Source: Cycas panzhihuaensis
Taxonomy: Eukaryota > Plantae > Cycadophyta
Direction: 5' to 3'
DNA: 64,000 nt
Assembly: GCA_023213395.1 (NCBI GenBank)
Contig: CM041465.1
Span: 188,239,741-188,303,740 of the forward strand
Position numbers and translations under genes: made by a program. Positions 1 to 12,649 of this stretch are shown here, piece after piece. Position 1 is the stretch's first letter; every line of letters starts with the position of its first letter. The notes beneath the pieces were generated by a model, which saw only the letters and a list, made by a program, of their open reading frames with translations, ran no database searches and was not told the origin of the DNA.

Positions 1-638
1 GGAGAATACATCTCCAAAGCCTTTGTAGGGTTTTATAAGGACCATGGAATTAAAAAGCAATTAACGATAGCATACACACCTCAACATAATGGAGTTGCTA
101 AGAGGATGAATAAGACTTTGGTCAAAAAGGCTGTGTCAATATTGAAAGTGAAAATCTTAGAATGCTTTCGGGCTGAAATTGTTTGCATAGTACTCTATTT
201 GACCAATAGGAGTTCAACGAAAGTTGTTTTGAATATGATGCTAGAAGAAGTCTAGTTAGAGAGAAAACCAACAGTGAGGCATCTCAGAATCCTTGAGAGA
301 ACTACATACATACTCATTCTAAATGAGAAATGTTAGAAATTTGATGATAAAAGTTCCAAGTGTATCCTTGTTGGGTATAGTGATGAAAGCAAAGCGTACT
401 GGGTGTTTGAGTTAGCAACTAGGAAGGTACATATAATTTAGGACGTCACCTTTGAAAAGGGTGACAAGAAGGATGTTGACATGGATACTTTGAAGATATG
501 GCAAGACAAAGGGAAGCATATCGAGGAACAGTTAGAATCAAGTTCTTTGAGGTAGTAGTTTGTTGAGCCAAAGAGTAAGCAAAAGCTAGAAGATGAATTG
601 GAAGGTGAGGAGAAGGAATATCGAGATGCTTAGGAATT

Positions 639-985
639 TGTAATAGGCCAACACCTGTTACCATAGTAATGTGAGGAGAAGAACAAGAGAAGCCAAAAAT
701 GGTGGAGAAGGATGGAGTGGAAGATGGATGTGAAGTACACCAAAGAGAACCAATGGACAACAAAGTGAACCCCAACAAGATTATATTCATCAACATAAAC
801 TTACATGAGGTGGGGGTGTTATATTTATAGGAGGATCACCCCATTATTATATTATTCTATTGCTAAGCCAACCAATCATACATTTCCCCTATTATCAAAT
901 ACTCCTAACCTTAACCTCCTTAACCCTTATCCTACTTAACCTTTCAATATATTAACCCTCTAACATGTGTTGAAGGCTCACCACA
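639..985 (-). repeat. 3' LTR of the non-autonomous Gypsy-like element
   Basis: Direct repeat of 3348-3694, adjacent to the PPT. Confidence 0.9.
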
Positions 986-1080
986 TGCCCTCCTCCTTGA
1001 GATGCTTTGCCCTCCTCCTTGAGATGCTTTGCCCTCAAAGCATCTGTATACAAAAAATATAAAGTGACCACCACCTGTAG

Positions 1081-1905
1081 TTACCATATGTCTAGGGTGG
1101 ATGGATCCTTGTTGAGATGAAGAGAGGAGGTTATTGTTGCTACACCTGCTAGCTGATGAAGTGGATGTATGCTATATAGGTATGTCATTCCATGGAAGTA
1201 AGAGAAGAAGCGTTGCCCTCCTGGTTGTTGCTCATTGTGGAAGAGGTGAGGGCTTATGGAGTAATAGTAAGGGGATCCACAAAAGTATGGCCCTAGATGC
1301 TCTAGTAGAGAGGAGGAGGATGTTTGTTCCCCCTTGTTGATGCCAATACTAGCTGAAATGTCTTCCTTGTGGTGGAGTGATTCACCTTGTTTGACTTGAA
1401 GGCCAGTCTCCTCATTCAAGGTAATGGATTGTCATGCTCATCCTTGATTAGTGTTTCTCCACTTCCTTCTTCTTTTGAGTGATCCTGGTTCTCTACGTAC
1501 TCTTTTAGTGATCTCGGTCCTCCAAAACCACTTCTGAGGAAGCTTCAGTAATTATGCAAGCTCTTGTTTCTCTCTTAAGTTCCATCTTGAAGGATTCCCA
1601 ACCTAGTTTTGAATATGAGTTGCACCATACCCAATCCTTTCTGCGAAGATCCACGTCCAAGTATTCATAGCAAACATAATCTTGGCATAGTCATGCTTGT
1701 AGTAATAAACTTCAAAATACTGTTCAAAGACTTGTTCGAAAGTGGCAACCCAATCATAAAGCCGAATATGACCATCTATCCCAAAGTTAGGGAGATCGAG
1801 GTCATCATTGTAATCGAAAAGGAATTGTTTGAAGTCAAAGAACCAGTAGCTAAGACCTATTTTTTCATAGTATAAGAGTATATTCATGTAAGCCCTTGGG
1901 TCCAT
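1081..1905 (-). pseudogene. Frameshifted Gypsy gag-like ORF with an E/D-rich C-terminal extension
   Basis: DWVATFEQVFEQYFEVY..KIMFAM, then after a frameshift WESFKMELKRE, resembling a retrotransposon gag N-domain. It continues into ORF 1081-1419. Confidence 0.55.
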
Positions 1906-3347
1906 TTTTCTCTCTCACTTTCTTTTTCTTTTTTGAGCTATAAAGAGAATACTTATGGCCTTAAGAGCAATGGCATGCAAGCCAAAATTTGAACGGCCTA
2001 AAATAGTACAAAAATTATAATATAAAGTGATATATAACTGCTAGACTTGACTTTAAACTTTAATAATTGCTATAAGAAAAGCTGAAAATATGCCATATGA
2101 TAGTCCAAATTGAAGCCCTTGAAACAATGAACCCGATGGATTTGAGGGAACTGAATTCCAAGTCCATATGGAAGAGATTTGGGCAAAACAATGTAAATAG
2201 AAACCAAGTTTTATGAGATGGCTTATTTAATTGACTTTAGCTCCTTTACTAGACAACCTTAGTCACTTTCAGTTGCCCATGTGACCACCAACTGACACTA
2301 AGGACGGCGGTTTCCAAACACAAATGTAATTTAATTTAATTTTATTACACTTTAGAAATCAATGTAAGCCTCCAAAAATAAAAAAATTCCCCCATTGATA
2401 CCTGTGCAATTTGATTTTTGGACCACGGGATTTGATTTTGTAGATAATCAATCACTCAAAACTTTGATCAATGGGTTGCTATCGTGCTCTCCTATCTTGC
2501 CCTAGTGAACTCTTCTGTTGCACAATACAAACTGCCTCTCGGACGAATTTGTGTAGTTGGGATATGAACCTCACCGCCTGTTCGTCGATGGATTGACGTT
2601 GACTCCTACATGGTTGGTCTTTGTGATCTGATTTGCTCGGCTTCATGTTACTACCTGCAGATCTTGGTCAAAAGAAAAATCCTTGTGCTAAGGAATACAT
2701 ATTTGGGAGGCGTCTTCACTCAATCCAACATCCCAACAGAAGGCGTCTTCAGTTCGCCTGTCATCCCAACAAACGACTTTAGCTAGTATCTCCCCTACCA
2801 ATGGAAGCGTATGGAGTAATGCCTATGAACACTTGCACCTGGGCAGATTAATATCTTGCCAGTGTTGCCCTTGATGAGTCACCTGTGGATTATTGCCCAT
2901 TGATCAAAGGAGACACCTTTGCTTTCCGAACACAAATCCCTGATCAATGGGGTTGCCACACTCGCTATCTCACATTTGGTATAGAATTGACAGCCAACAC
3001 AAGAAAGGAAAAGCTTGGTTATTATGCAAGCAACATAGACAGAATAGATTTTACATCCACGGCTTCTCAAGCCAATGAATATTGTATCCAAGACCCATTA
3101 AGTAGTTGGAACATTGTCAATATCAATCACTTCTTACAAAAGAAAAAATATTATGGTAATTGTAGCAATGAATGGAAAAACAATCCACTACTAGGATTTA
3201 CACCTAAACCATGCTAATTGGATCTTCAACCCTATAAACCCTTCAACAAGATTGCCAATCCTCCAATACAATTATGTCTTCAACACCTATAATAAACAAG
3301 GAGGAAAGGAAAAAAAAAATTGCCCTTAATCTGGCTCTAATACCACA

Positions 3348-3694
3348 TGTAACATGTCAACACCTATTACCATAACAATATGAGGAGAAGAGCAAGAGAA
3401 GCCAAAAATGGTGGAGATGGATAGAGGGGGAGATGGATGTGAAGTGCACTAAAGAGAACCAAAGGACATCAAAGTGAACTCCAATAAGATTATATTCATC
3501 AACATAAACTTACATGAGGTGGGGGTGTTGTATGTATAGGAGGATCACCTCATTATTATATTATTCTACCGCTAAGCTAACCAATCATGCATTTTCTCTA
3601 TTATTAAATACTCCTAACCTTAACCTCCTTAACCCTTATCCTACTTAACCTCCCAATATATTAACCCTCTAACATGTGGTGAAGGCTCACCGCA
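3348..3694 (-). repeat. 5' LTR of the non-autonomous Gypsy-like element
   Basis: Direct repeat of 639-985, adjacent to the PBS. Confidence 0.9.
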
Positions 3695-5351
3695 GAATCA
3701 CAACTAGAAGTGTAGTCTGAGGTCACTCCATGTGCCAAGAAACTCACCAAATGGTACTTGAAAACCATTGTAGAAACTTAGTTGTTTGAAACTGAAGGAA
3801 AACGAAAGTCAAGGATGAGACATGATATAGTCAACTTTGCTTTGATGGAAGATGTGCTTAATATTGGTGAGCTTTCGAGTTATGAGGAGTAGAAATGAAG
3901 AATGATAATGGATGATGAAATTCATGTTGTGAGACAAAATAAGACTTGGGAATTGGTTGAATTGTTTGCAAGCAAATAAGTAATTGGTTGCCAATGGGTC
4001 CATAAGACCAAATTCAAATATGATGGGCCAATTGACAAATACAATGCTAGACTAGTTGCAAAAGGTTTCAACTAGACAAGAGGCATCAATTACTAGGAGA
4101 CATTCACTTTGATAGTAATGATGGTGACACTTAGATTGATACTGGCAATGGTTGCTCAATTCAAATGGCAACTACACTAGCTTGATGTCAAGAGTGTCTT
4201 CTTGAATGGAGATCTTGTAGATGAAGCTTATATGAAGTAGCCACTTAGGTATGCTGCAAAAAGCAGATAACACCTTGTGTCTTGCATGAAAAATGCTTTA
4301 TATAACTTGAAGCAGACTCCAAGAATTTGGTATTCCAAGATCAATTTGTAGAACGGGTTTGAGAAGTTGCTAATTGTTCTAGACCTATATATCAAAGTCG
4401 AAGGTAAGCATTCAGTCATCTTTGTGATTTTGTATGTGGACGATCTAGTAATCATTGGGGATGGTACCTCAAAGGTTGAAGAGTTGAAGGATGATATTAA
4501 GAAGACTTTTAAGATGACAAATTTTGGATTGCTCCATTATTTTTTGGGAGTAGAAGTTTGGTAAAAGCTTGGGAAAATCATGATTTTACAAGCTATAAGT
4601 ATGCATGGAAAATTCTGTAAAAATTCAGAATGGAGGACTATAAATCTACCCAACCCCCATAGAGACATGTGCAAAATTGTCAGCTTAGAATGATGGAGAC
4701 AGAATTGATGGCACTATGTACAGGCAACTTGTTGGTAGTTTGATTTATTTGACTGCAAGTAGGTTTGATATTTTCTTTACAGTTGGTATGGTGTTGAGGT
4801 TCATGTCAGAGCTGAGGTAGAGCCACTAGGATGCTGTAAAGAGGATCCTTAGATACTTGTAGGGAACACTGCTCTATGGATTGGAGTTCAGCCAGAACAA
4901 CAATTCCAGGCTAAAAGGATATTCAAATTCTAACTGGGTTAGATGTTTTGATAGTAGGAGTTCCACTTCAGGTTATTGCTTCAATTTGGGTTCTGTTGTT
5001 GTTACTTGGAGTAATAAGAAATAGCTTAATGTTGCATCATCTTTCGCTGAAGTGAAGTACAAAGTTGCAATCATAACAACTTGTGAGGCCATCTAGTTGA
5101 GATAGGTCCTTGGTGATTTGGGACTTCATCAAGATGAGGCGACTACTTTCTATTGTGACAACTGAAATACATTGAAAATTGCCATGAAACTAATGTTCCA
5201 TGTTTGCACCAAACACATTGAGGTGCATCACCATTTCATCCAAGAGCATATCTAGAATGGAGAGCTTGAGCTCTTGTACAAGCCTACTGAAGAGTATTTA
5301 GCAGATATCTTCACCAAACCTTTGACTAAGGACAAATTTAGATTTTATATT

Positions 5352-8300
5352 TATTCGAATAGCTTGGTTCACGCTTCAGGAGGCATAATAGTAATGCACA
5401 TTTGTGTAATTATTTTATTATGATGTTGGTATTTTGTGATGGGTCCCACACATAGTCATGTTGTGTATTATACCAATGTATCATATGTAATATCTTGATG
5501 TATCAATGTTTGGATGGTGTTAATCAAAGTTAAGGTATCTTAGGGGTATCATTATGATCCTAGTGTTCGACATTTTTCACTTTTGCAAATATTATTTTCT
5601 ATTAGTTTTGTTTTTCAACATGGTATCAGAGCGAAGGTTAAGCGAGGTTATCCAATTTGAGGAGGTGGCTCCATAGAGCCATTTGCCAATTTGTTGTTGC
5701 TGTAAGTTGTGTCGTTTGTCAGTGGAGGATTTGATATTCGTTTGCGAAGCATGGTTGCGTGAGACGTACCTGGTTCGTGAAAGCTAGTTCATTCTGTTTT
5801 GTCCATTTGTTGCATCGTTCCAATCCATTCACTCTGTTGGCACCCTGTTTGTTTCTATGTTGCTAGTGGCCATGAAGATTGACCTATGTTGTGAGGTTGT
5901 GTGAAGTGCATCTGCTTCGTTCGTGCTATATTCACGTGATCATCGTTGTGAAAAATTTCTGCCCTCTATTCATTGTTCCATTGAAGGCCGTAAACTGTTT
6001 ACCCTTACTTTTTGTCGCTGTGAGTCTATTGTTGAAATAAATATGTTATATGCTTTCATCGCTAGATTTATGTGTCAATACGAATTTGCAACCTTTTTCT
6101 TCAAATTGTGGTGCCGTACGATTTGCATATATCCTGCGTCTTGTTTGGAGGATTCGTGCATAAGCGCTGTGATCTTTTCATCATCATTTCTACGTCTTTG
6201 TTATGCCATTACTATGGAAGGAGCCTATTCCTTTTTGTCTACACATTGCTTATTGTCGCACCATCACGACAAGCTCAAAGGTGAACACTGCTATCACGTG
6301 AAAGAGTTGTGGATATTATTACTTATATGATCATCAATTTGATTTGCCATCATATTATTTCGGATTGGAGAGTGATTACGTGCCTGTTGTTGGACTGACG
6401 CTCTTGTTCCATTCGTTGCTTGTTGGTTGTTCCCTTCGTCACTCCCTTTGTTGCCAGTTTGCTTTTATTCGCATGAAGAGTAAGAAGAAATCTATTTGCC
6501 CAGCTATTTTCGAGCGATTTTGATTAGAAATATACCACAATTGATCGTTTTGGATCAAAAATCTACCTACGCATGTGTATAGGTCATATTTTCAATTTAG
6601 GGCATATTATTTGTTCTTAAAGTTTTAAAAATTTAATTAAATTGGATATTTTTTGGAGTCCACTAGCCTCCTAGCGATTTTAGCACCCAGTCTTTTACAG
6701 TCTCATACGACTAGAAGTTAAGTAGCGAAGGGTGCTAAACCCTAAACTTTTATTTTTTTATTTTTTTTGTTTTTCATAAAGGGGTACTTGTGCATTTTTC
6801 TTAATATCTTGAGTTCTAGGAGTCTGTTTTCCAAACCATCTGAGCCATTGGAATCCTGACTTAGAGCCTGCCGTTTTGGTATTTGATTTGATATATTTTG
6901 ATGTTATTTTCATAGAGAAATTTTAGTCTAAAGTTGAGTCTTTGCGCCGGATCACTACGTGGTAACTAGACAGAATTTTCTTTTGCCCTCCCTACATCAT
7001 CCTTCTACCTATTTATTAACCCTGGGGCAACTATTTTGAACCCTAGAAGGCTATTGTAAACCATCCTTTAAAGAAATTTATTGTAATTTGTATATTGGGT
7101 CCTATAAAGAACTAAGAGGCAGAAGGAGGTCCTATAATCAAAGACAGGGTTGCTATTATCTTGCTGACAGATTTGTGTGACTATGTGGCCTATCTTGTAT
7201 GCATATGAGATGAATTTTTAGATTCTTGGTTGCTCATTTGATTAGTATGAAGGAGTTCCTAAATTTAAGAAGACGGTACATGTAGATTGATATGTGATAT
7301 ATTTTTGAGTAGTTCACACTTACAAACATGGAGGAGAATGACATAGTTATATTCGTACATGAGACAAATAAATATTATTTGATGGATACGTTTCTTTCGA
7401 TACCTAAGTGTAATGGAGCAAACTACTTTTTTTGGACAATTAGAATGAGATGCCTGCTCATAGCTAGAGGATTATGGAAAGTTGTTATTAATGCATATGA
7501 TATTCCTGATGATGAAGAAGAAAGGGAAATACTTAAGAAGAAAAACAAAGAAGCAATTATTATGATTCTTGCTGCATTAAATAAGGTTGAGCTTCCTTCA
7601 ACATATTATTTTGTCATTCCTTAAGTTCAACATTGCTAGTATTGCTAAAGAAGGTTGGAATTTTTTGAAGGATGTATTTGAACAAACTCCTAAAGAGATA
7701 CAATAGATTGTTGATAAGGCAAACAAGATTATTGATGATTATGATACAAGTAAAAAGAATGAAGAAAGTATTATTGATGTTGTTGAAAAGGTATATCAAG
7801 ACATTGATAAAGAAAGTATGAGTATTGATGAAACTACTACTGAATGTAAAGAATCTATGATTGAATGCATTGTTGAAACTACTACTATAGAAGATGTTGA
7901 GAGTGACGAACCAATTATTGTTGCTGAAGAATCTACTGATCAAGCAATAGAAGTTTCTTTAGATGTTCCTATTATTTCAAAGGATATTGAATATGAATCT
8001 GATAAGTCTAGTGATTTACTTCTATCTATCGATTCAAGTTCAACTGATGTTCCTGATTTGACTAGTGATTCAAGTTTGAAGAATTTACAAGTCGGTGAAG
8101 ATTCTACTCCAAAGGTTAAAGAAATTGTTGAATATATTGATCAAGAAAAAGAATTTATACAGGATGTTGATGTTCATTTTAGAGATGATTCTAATAATAA
8201 ATAGGTTGTGTTTGAAGATGTGCTTGATGCAAATTTGAAGGTGTTGCTAGTATTTGTAAAGATAGTTACTTACATGTTCTACATGAAAATCAAATTGGCC

Positions 8301-8772
8301 CTCTTCCTATGATGAAGAATCAAGATTTGCACACTAGTATGAAGAATTTCAAGCTCAAAGGTCATTATTTGCTAGAGCTACAGTAGCAAAGACATCACTA
8401 CAAGATTGAAGACAAAGGTCGAGTTGAAGACATCATCTTCAAGACATTTCCAAGGATAAGGCATTGCAAATTCAAATAACCCAAATGTATATTAAGAGGG
8501 AGTGTTGGAATAGCGTGGTTCACACTTCACAAGGCATAATAGTAATGCACATTTGTGTAATTATTTTATTATGATGTTGATATTTTGTGGTGGGTCCCAC
8601 GCATAGTCATGTTGGTGTATTATAAATACACAACCAATGTAATATCTTGATGTAACAATGTTTGGATGGTGTTAATCAAAGTTAAGGTACCTTAAGGGTA
8701 CTGTTGCAATCTTGGTGTTTGGTATTTTTCATTTGTGCAAATATTAATTTTTGTCAGTTTTGTTTTTCGACA
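5352..8772 (+). mobile_element. Non-autonomous gag-only Copia element (TR-GAG-like, 3.4 kb)
   Basis: LTRs 5352-5620 and 8503-8772. Perfect TSD atatt (5347-5351, 8773-8777). PBS tggtatcagagc 5621-5632. PPT attaagagggag 8491-8502. No PR/IN/RT/RH motifs seen. Confidence 0.9.
7328..8204 (+). pseudogene. Copia gag N-terminus fused to an acidic low-complexity tail (frameshift near 7610, internal stop)
   Basis: IPKCNGANYFFWTIRMRCLLIARGLWKVV, then ASIAKEGWNFLKDVFE running in frame into the D/E-rich ORF 7818-8204. No zinc knuckle seen. Confidence 0.7.
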
Positions 8773-10030
8773 ATATTGGCATTGAAGCCAATGATGTAAA
8801 CATTAAGAGGGATTGTTAGAATTAATGTTTACACTATTAGGGTTGTGGGTCTTGGCATGTTACTAGTGAGTCATTGGTTGATAAGTAGGATGGTCATCAT
8901 TCAATTGGTGACACATGTCTAGGAGTTACATTAAATCTTTAATTGGCATGTAACAAGTGTTGCAGTGGTTACAGGTCATTCATTGACCATTATCAATCTT
9001 GCTTGTATATATTTATATATTGACTTGTACATTATTATTCTAGTATTCAAAGTTGTTGGAGCCATCACATTAGTAAATGTTTGGAAAATTTTAACCTCTC
9101 TCTTCAATCAAAGAGATGAAGCCCACATAATATCCTTAAGAGAGGAGTTATATGAACATTTAAAAGAAGGACAGACGGTTTCAAAATTCGTGACAAAAAT
9201 TACTGCCCTCAAGGACAACCTTGTCTCAACATGAGAAACCATATCAAACATAGAACTCATTCATCTCCTAAGAAATAAGTTACCCAAATCTTTTGATAAT
9301 ATGGTTAATACACTTACAACAGGTGACCATATTGCTAACATGTCATTTGAGACCTTGATAGGACACATGTTATAGCAGGAACAAAGGAACAGGCGATATG
9401 AGGAGGACACAGAAATAGAGGAGGCATTTCTCTCAAGGCTAAGCATAAGAAGTTGAGGTTGACCTCAATATTCATCAAGAGGAAGAAGTAGATCCTTTAG
9501 GACAACATCAACAAAAGGCCGAGGTTGGACTGACAACCGTAATAGGGCCAGATGGACTCAAGAAGGATGAGGAAGATCTAGGTCAATTCCTCTTAAAGAA
9601 TCTAGAGTTTGCTTCAACTATGGAAGATATGGTCACTTTCCAGCAATTGCAAGGCATATAACACACCAAATTGCTATTATTGCAGTCAATCAAGACAGTT
9701 TCCTAATCGTTGTCCTTAGAGGTGTGCCAACATTTAGAGAGGGAAAAGAGTCGAAGGCAACTACAGTAATGAACAATATGGAGAGGAAGATGAAGTGACT
9801 ACATTTGTTGTAGCCCTGGCCATAAGCCTAAGGTCCAATGATGACTAGTACATACACTCAGAGGCATCAAATCATATGACTGGGCGAGAAGAGTGGTTTG
9901 AATCCTTGAGACCTTATTTTCTTAACATGTCTGTTGAACTCGATAACAATTTCCCTCTTCATATTCAAGGCAAAGGGACAATAGCTATCAAGATTGATAA
10001 TGAAGTCAAAAACATCGGTGATGTTCTCTA

Positions 10031-10588
10031 TGTTAAACCTTATGTTTTACCTTATGTTTACATGTTAAGTTTATGTACTTTATGTTTATGTATTATATGT
10101 GCACTTTAATGTTTTATGTGCACTTTTGTACTTTAGGGGTTACTTTATCACTTAAGTGATAAAGTACACACCCACTTTATGTCTAGTGACATAACGTTGT
10201 CACTTATGTCACTTGAGGGTCAAATGACCCCCTTGCACTTTTGCTCACAAGAGCTTCCAATGGACACTTGTCCTACATGCAAGCATGCATTGCATGATTG
10301 ACACTTGTCAATCATGCAATAGCCCTTGGCCTCTCATTTCCCTCTATTTAATGAGGCCTTTCTTCATTATTGTTCATTCAAGAGTTGGAGCTAATTGTTA
10401 TTCTGTCAGTTTGTTAATCAAGCTGAAGCATTCTTTGGTGGTTGGACTAATTCCAACACCCCATATTTGGTATCTTGATCTTGCTCCTCTTTCTCTTTGT
10501 GTTCTTTGTGTTTATGCTTAATGCATTTAATGGTATTGTGCTTTGTTAATGATCTTGGACCTATGTGGCCGTTAGGCCCATTCTAACA
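10031..10588 (+). repeat. 5' LTR of Copia C
   Basis: tg..ca direct repeat of 16835-17380. Confidence 0.95.
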
Positions 10589-12649
10589 ATTGGTATCAGA
10601 GCTCTTTGGTTTGTTTGAGCTCTAAGGTTTGGTAGCCTTTGCATACTAGCTTGCTATTCCTAGAATCTGCACTGTTAGCTTGTTGTCCTTGTCTTCTGTT
10701 CTTGAAATCTGTGCACTAGACTATCCTCTATCCCTGCACTTGAAGCTGTCCATATTGGTGCTCTATCCTTTCTGCACTCAAGAGACAGACATGGATGAAG
10801 CCTGCACTTGAAGCCGCTGTCCACACATTACTGTCCTCTGCTTGAATTGTTGAACTTCATACTTGGATTCAACACTTAAATTCTGCCCACGGAAGGGCCT
10901 CCACAGAGCCGTGCATACTAGAGAAGTGGACCTGTCACGGAGAAGCGCCCGTCCTCGAGAAGACTGCACGGAACTCTCCATGTCCGAACCTTCCGAAACC
11001 TCGCTCAAGCACGGAAACCGTCTGCTTGACCGCTTCACGGAGTTCATCTCCTAAAGCCCGCACGGGGCTGGACAGACCTGCACGGGGTCTCACGGGCCGG
11101 ACGATTCACGGGACCCGCAGACTGCAGCCTGCAGAAGCTTCCATCCACTAAGCTTCCACGCAGAGCCTCGATCGCGCACGGATTGCCGCCAGAGGAGCCG
11201 CCCTCCACGGGTGCTACGCGAAGGCGGACAGTCTGCATACGGTGCATACGCCTCGGGAAACGCACACGGTGCATGGGAGCCGTCCTTCCTCGAAATCCGG
11301 AGTTCTCCATGAAATTTGGAGCCGAACGGCCACCGCCTCGTTTTTTTCAAAAATTAAATTGATTTTTGGCCCATTCTATTGGTATATGCAACTTAGCATA
11401 TACTAAGTATATGCTTTTTTAAATCAAGGTTTTTTTCTCTAAAGGTTCTTTTTTAAGAGAATTTTTTTTTTAAGAGGAGTTTTTTTTCAAGGATTCATTG
11501 CTTTATAAGAGGCTTTAAGTCTTTCAACTAGCTCTATTTGAAGACCGTTTTTTAAGGGGACATGTTATGACATTGAAGACTTAAATGCTTTGAGATTTTT
11601 TTTGAGATTTAATCTCATTTTTAAAGCATTTTTTGTGAACTCATAAAAGTACTTTTTAGTACTTAAGAGGATTAAATTTTCTTTGGAGGAAAGAGGACTC
11701 ATCAAATGACTCATGCCAAGTCATTCTCCTCTCGTTAAAGATTGAAGTTGCATGATTTAAGTGCTTAAAAAGACTCCCTGCGTGGTGTTCTAGTGAGGCA
11801 AAGTTACAAAAAAGGTTGATTTTAGCCTTCATTTTATGCTTTTTTAAGCTCTTTTAGCACTTTTTTTAATGCTATTAAAGCATTAAGAGTTTAACTGAAG
11901 TGGTCAATAAGCATGTTCATATTGTAAAGGTGATATTCATCACCATTTGAGTTGATTTTTTGGCACCTTGCCTGGTGACCCATAGCCTTCAAAATCCCAA
12001 AAAGGAGGCTGAATTTTGTACTTAATAAAAATCACTCTTTCTGTTGGATTGTTGGGACTATTTTAAAGTCTCAACAACTTTGCTGCTTAGCGTTCGCTTG
12101 GTGTTTGGAGTACTTTGGCAAGTGGTTCTTACTCTACATCGGCTTTGGAGCGTAAAACGAACCCACTTCTGCAATCATCATCAAGGTTTTTTCATCATTT
12201 TTTTTCACTAAGTACTAAAATTCTCAAAAGTATTTACATTATTGTACTCAAGCATTTTACTTGGATCACAAAAAGCACTTAAAACACTTAATCAAAGTGC
12301 TCATTACTCTCATGTACTTGCTTCTTAAGAAGCCTATCATTGTAAGCTAAATCATAGCATCCACATTAAGTACATAATCCAAGTAAATGTACTTTAAAAA
12401 TTCACTTTAAAATTCTCTAAAAGTGAATTTAAAATCTGGTTGGAGAGGCTCGAAAAAGGTTTAATCCTTGCCTCTGCTACACTTAACTTTGGACCAACTC
12501 AATAGCCGAAGTCCTCCACCCCTCATCACTCCACCTAGTTGTTGGATCTTCTTGTAAAATTAGGACTAGTGGTGTTGTTAAAAGGTGGAACTTAAGTGAC
12601 AAAGCTTTGAAATTACCAAGTTATTTGCTAGCTTTCATACAAGTGAAAG

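Larger units (their letters stand above)
639..3694 (-). mobile_element. Non-autonomous Gypsy-derived LTR element (3.06 kb; gag fragment only, no pol)
   Basis: 347-bp LTRs at 639-985 and 3348-3694, both tg..ca. TSD gaatt (634-638) / gaatc (3695-3699). tRNA-Met PBS on the minus strand (gctctaatacca 3334-3345). PPT on the minus strand from 986. Confidence 0.9.
1..9049 (+). mobile_element. Ty1/Copia element A, degenerate; 5' part outside the window; interrupted by insertions at 639-3694 and 5352-8772
   Basis: Integrase core from base 1 (GEYISKAF..IAYTPQHNGVAKRMNKTL). RT at ~3900-4900 (LDVKSVFLNGDL, ILYVDDLVI). RNase H at ~4900-5340 (TKHIEVHHHFIQE). PPT attaagagggat 8802-8813. Inferred 3' LTR tg..ca 8814-9049, after which the gag of element B resumes. 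Confidence 0.85.

Noticed and set aside
639-985. Retrozyme (hammerhead-containing LTR), given the ~350-bp LTRs of a non-autonomous element
   Set aside because: No CTGANGA..GAAA core with flanking stems found on either strand; the interior is too long and the TSD is 5 bp.
6735-6747. ctaaaccctaaac telomere or telobox motif
   Set aside because: Fewer than two units, inside a TE leader; compatible with chance.
10285-10521. 78-aa ORF repeated at 17077-17313 as a duplicated gene
   Set aside because: It lies within the two LTRs of Copia C and has no recognisable domain.
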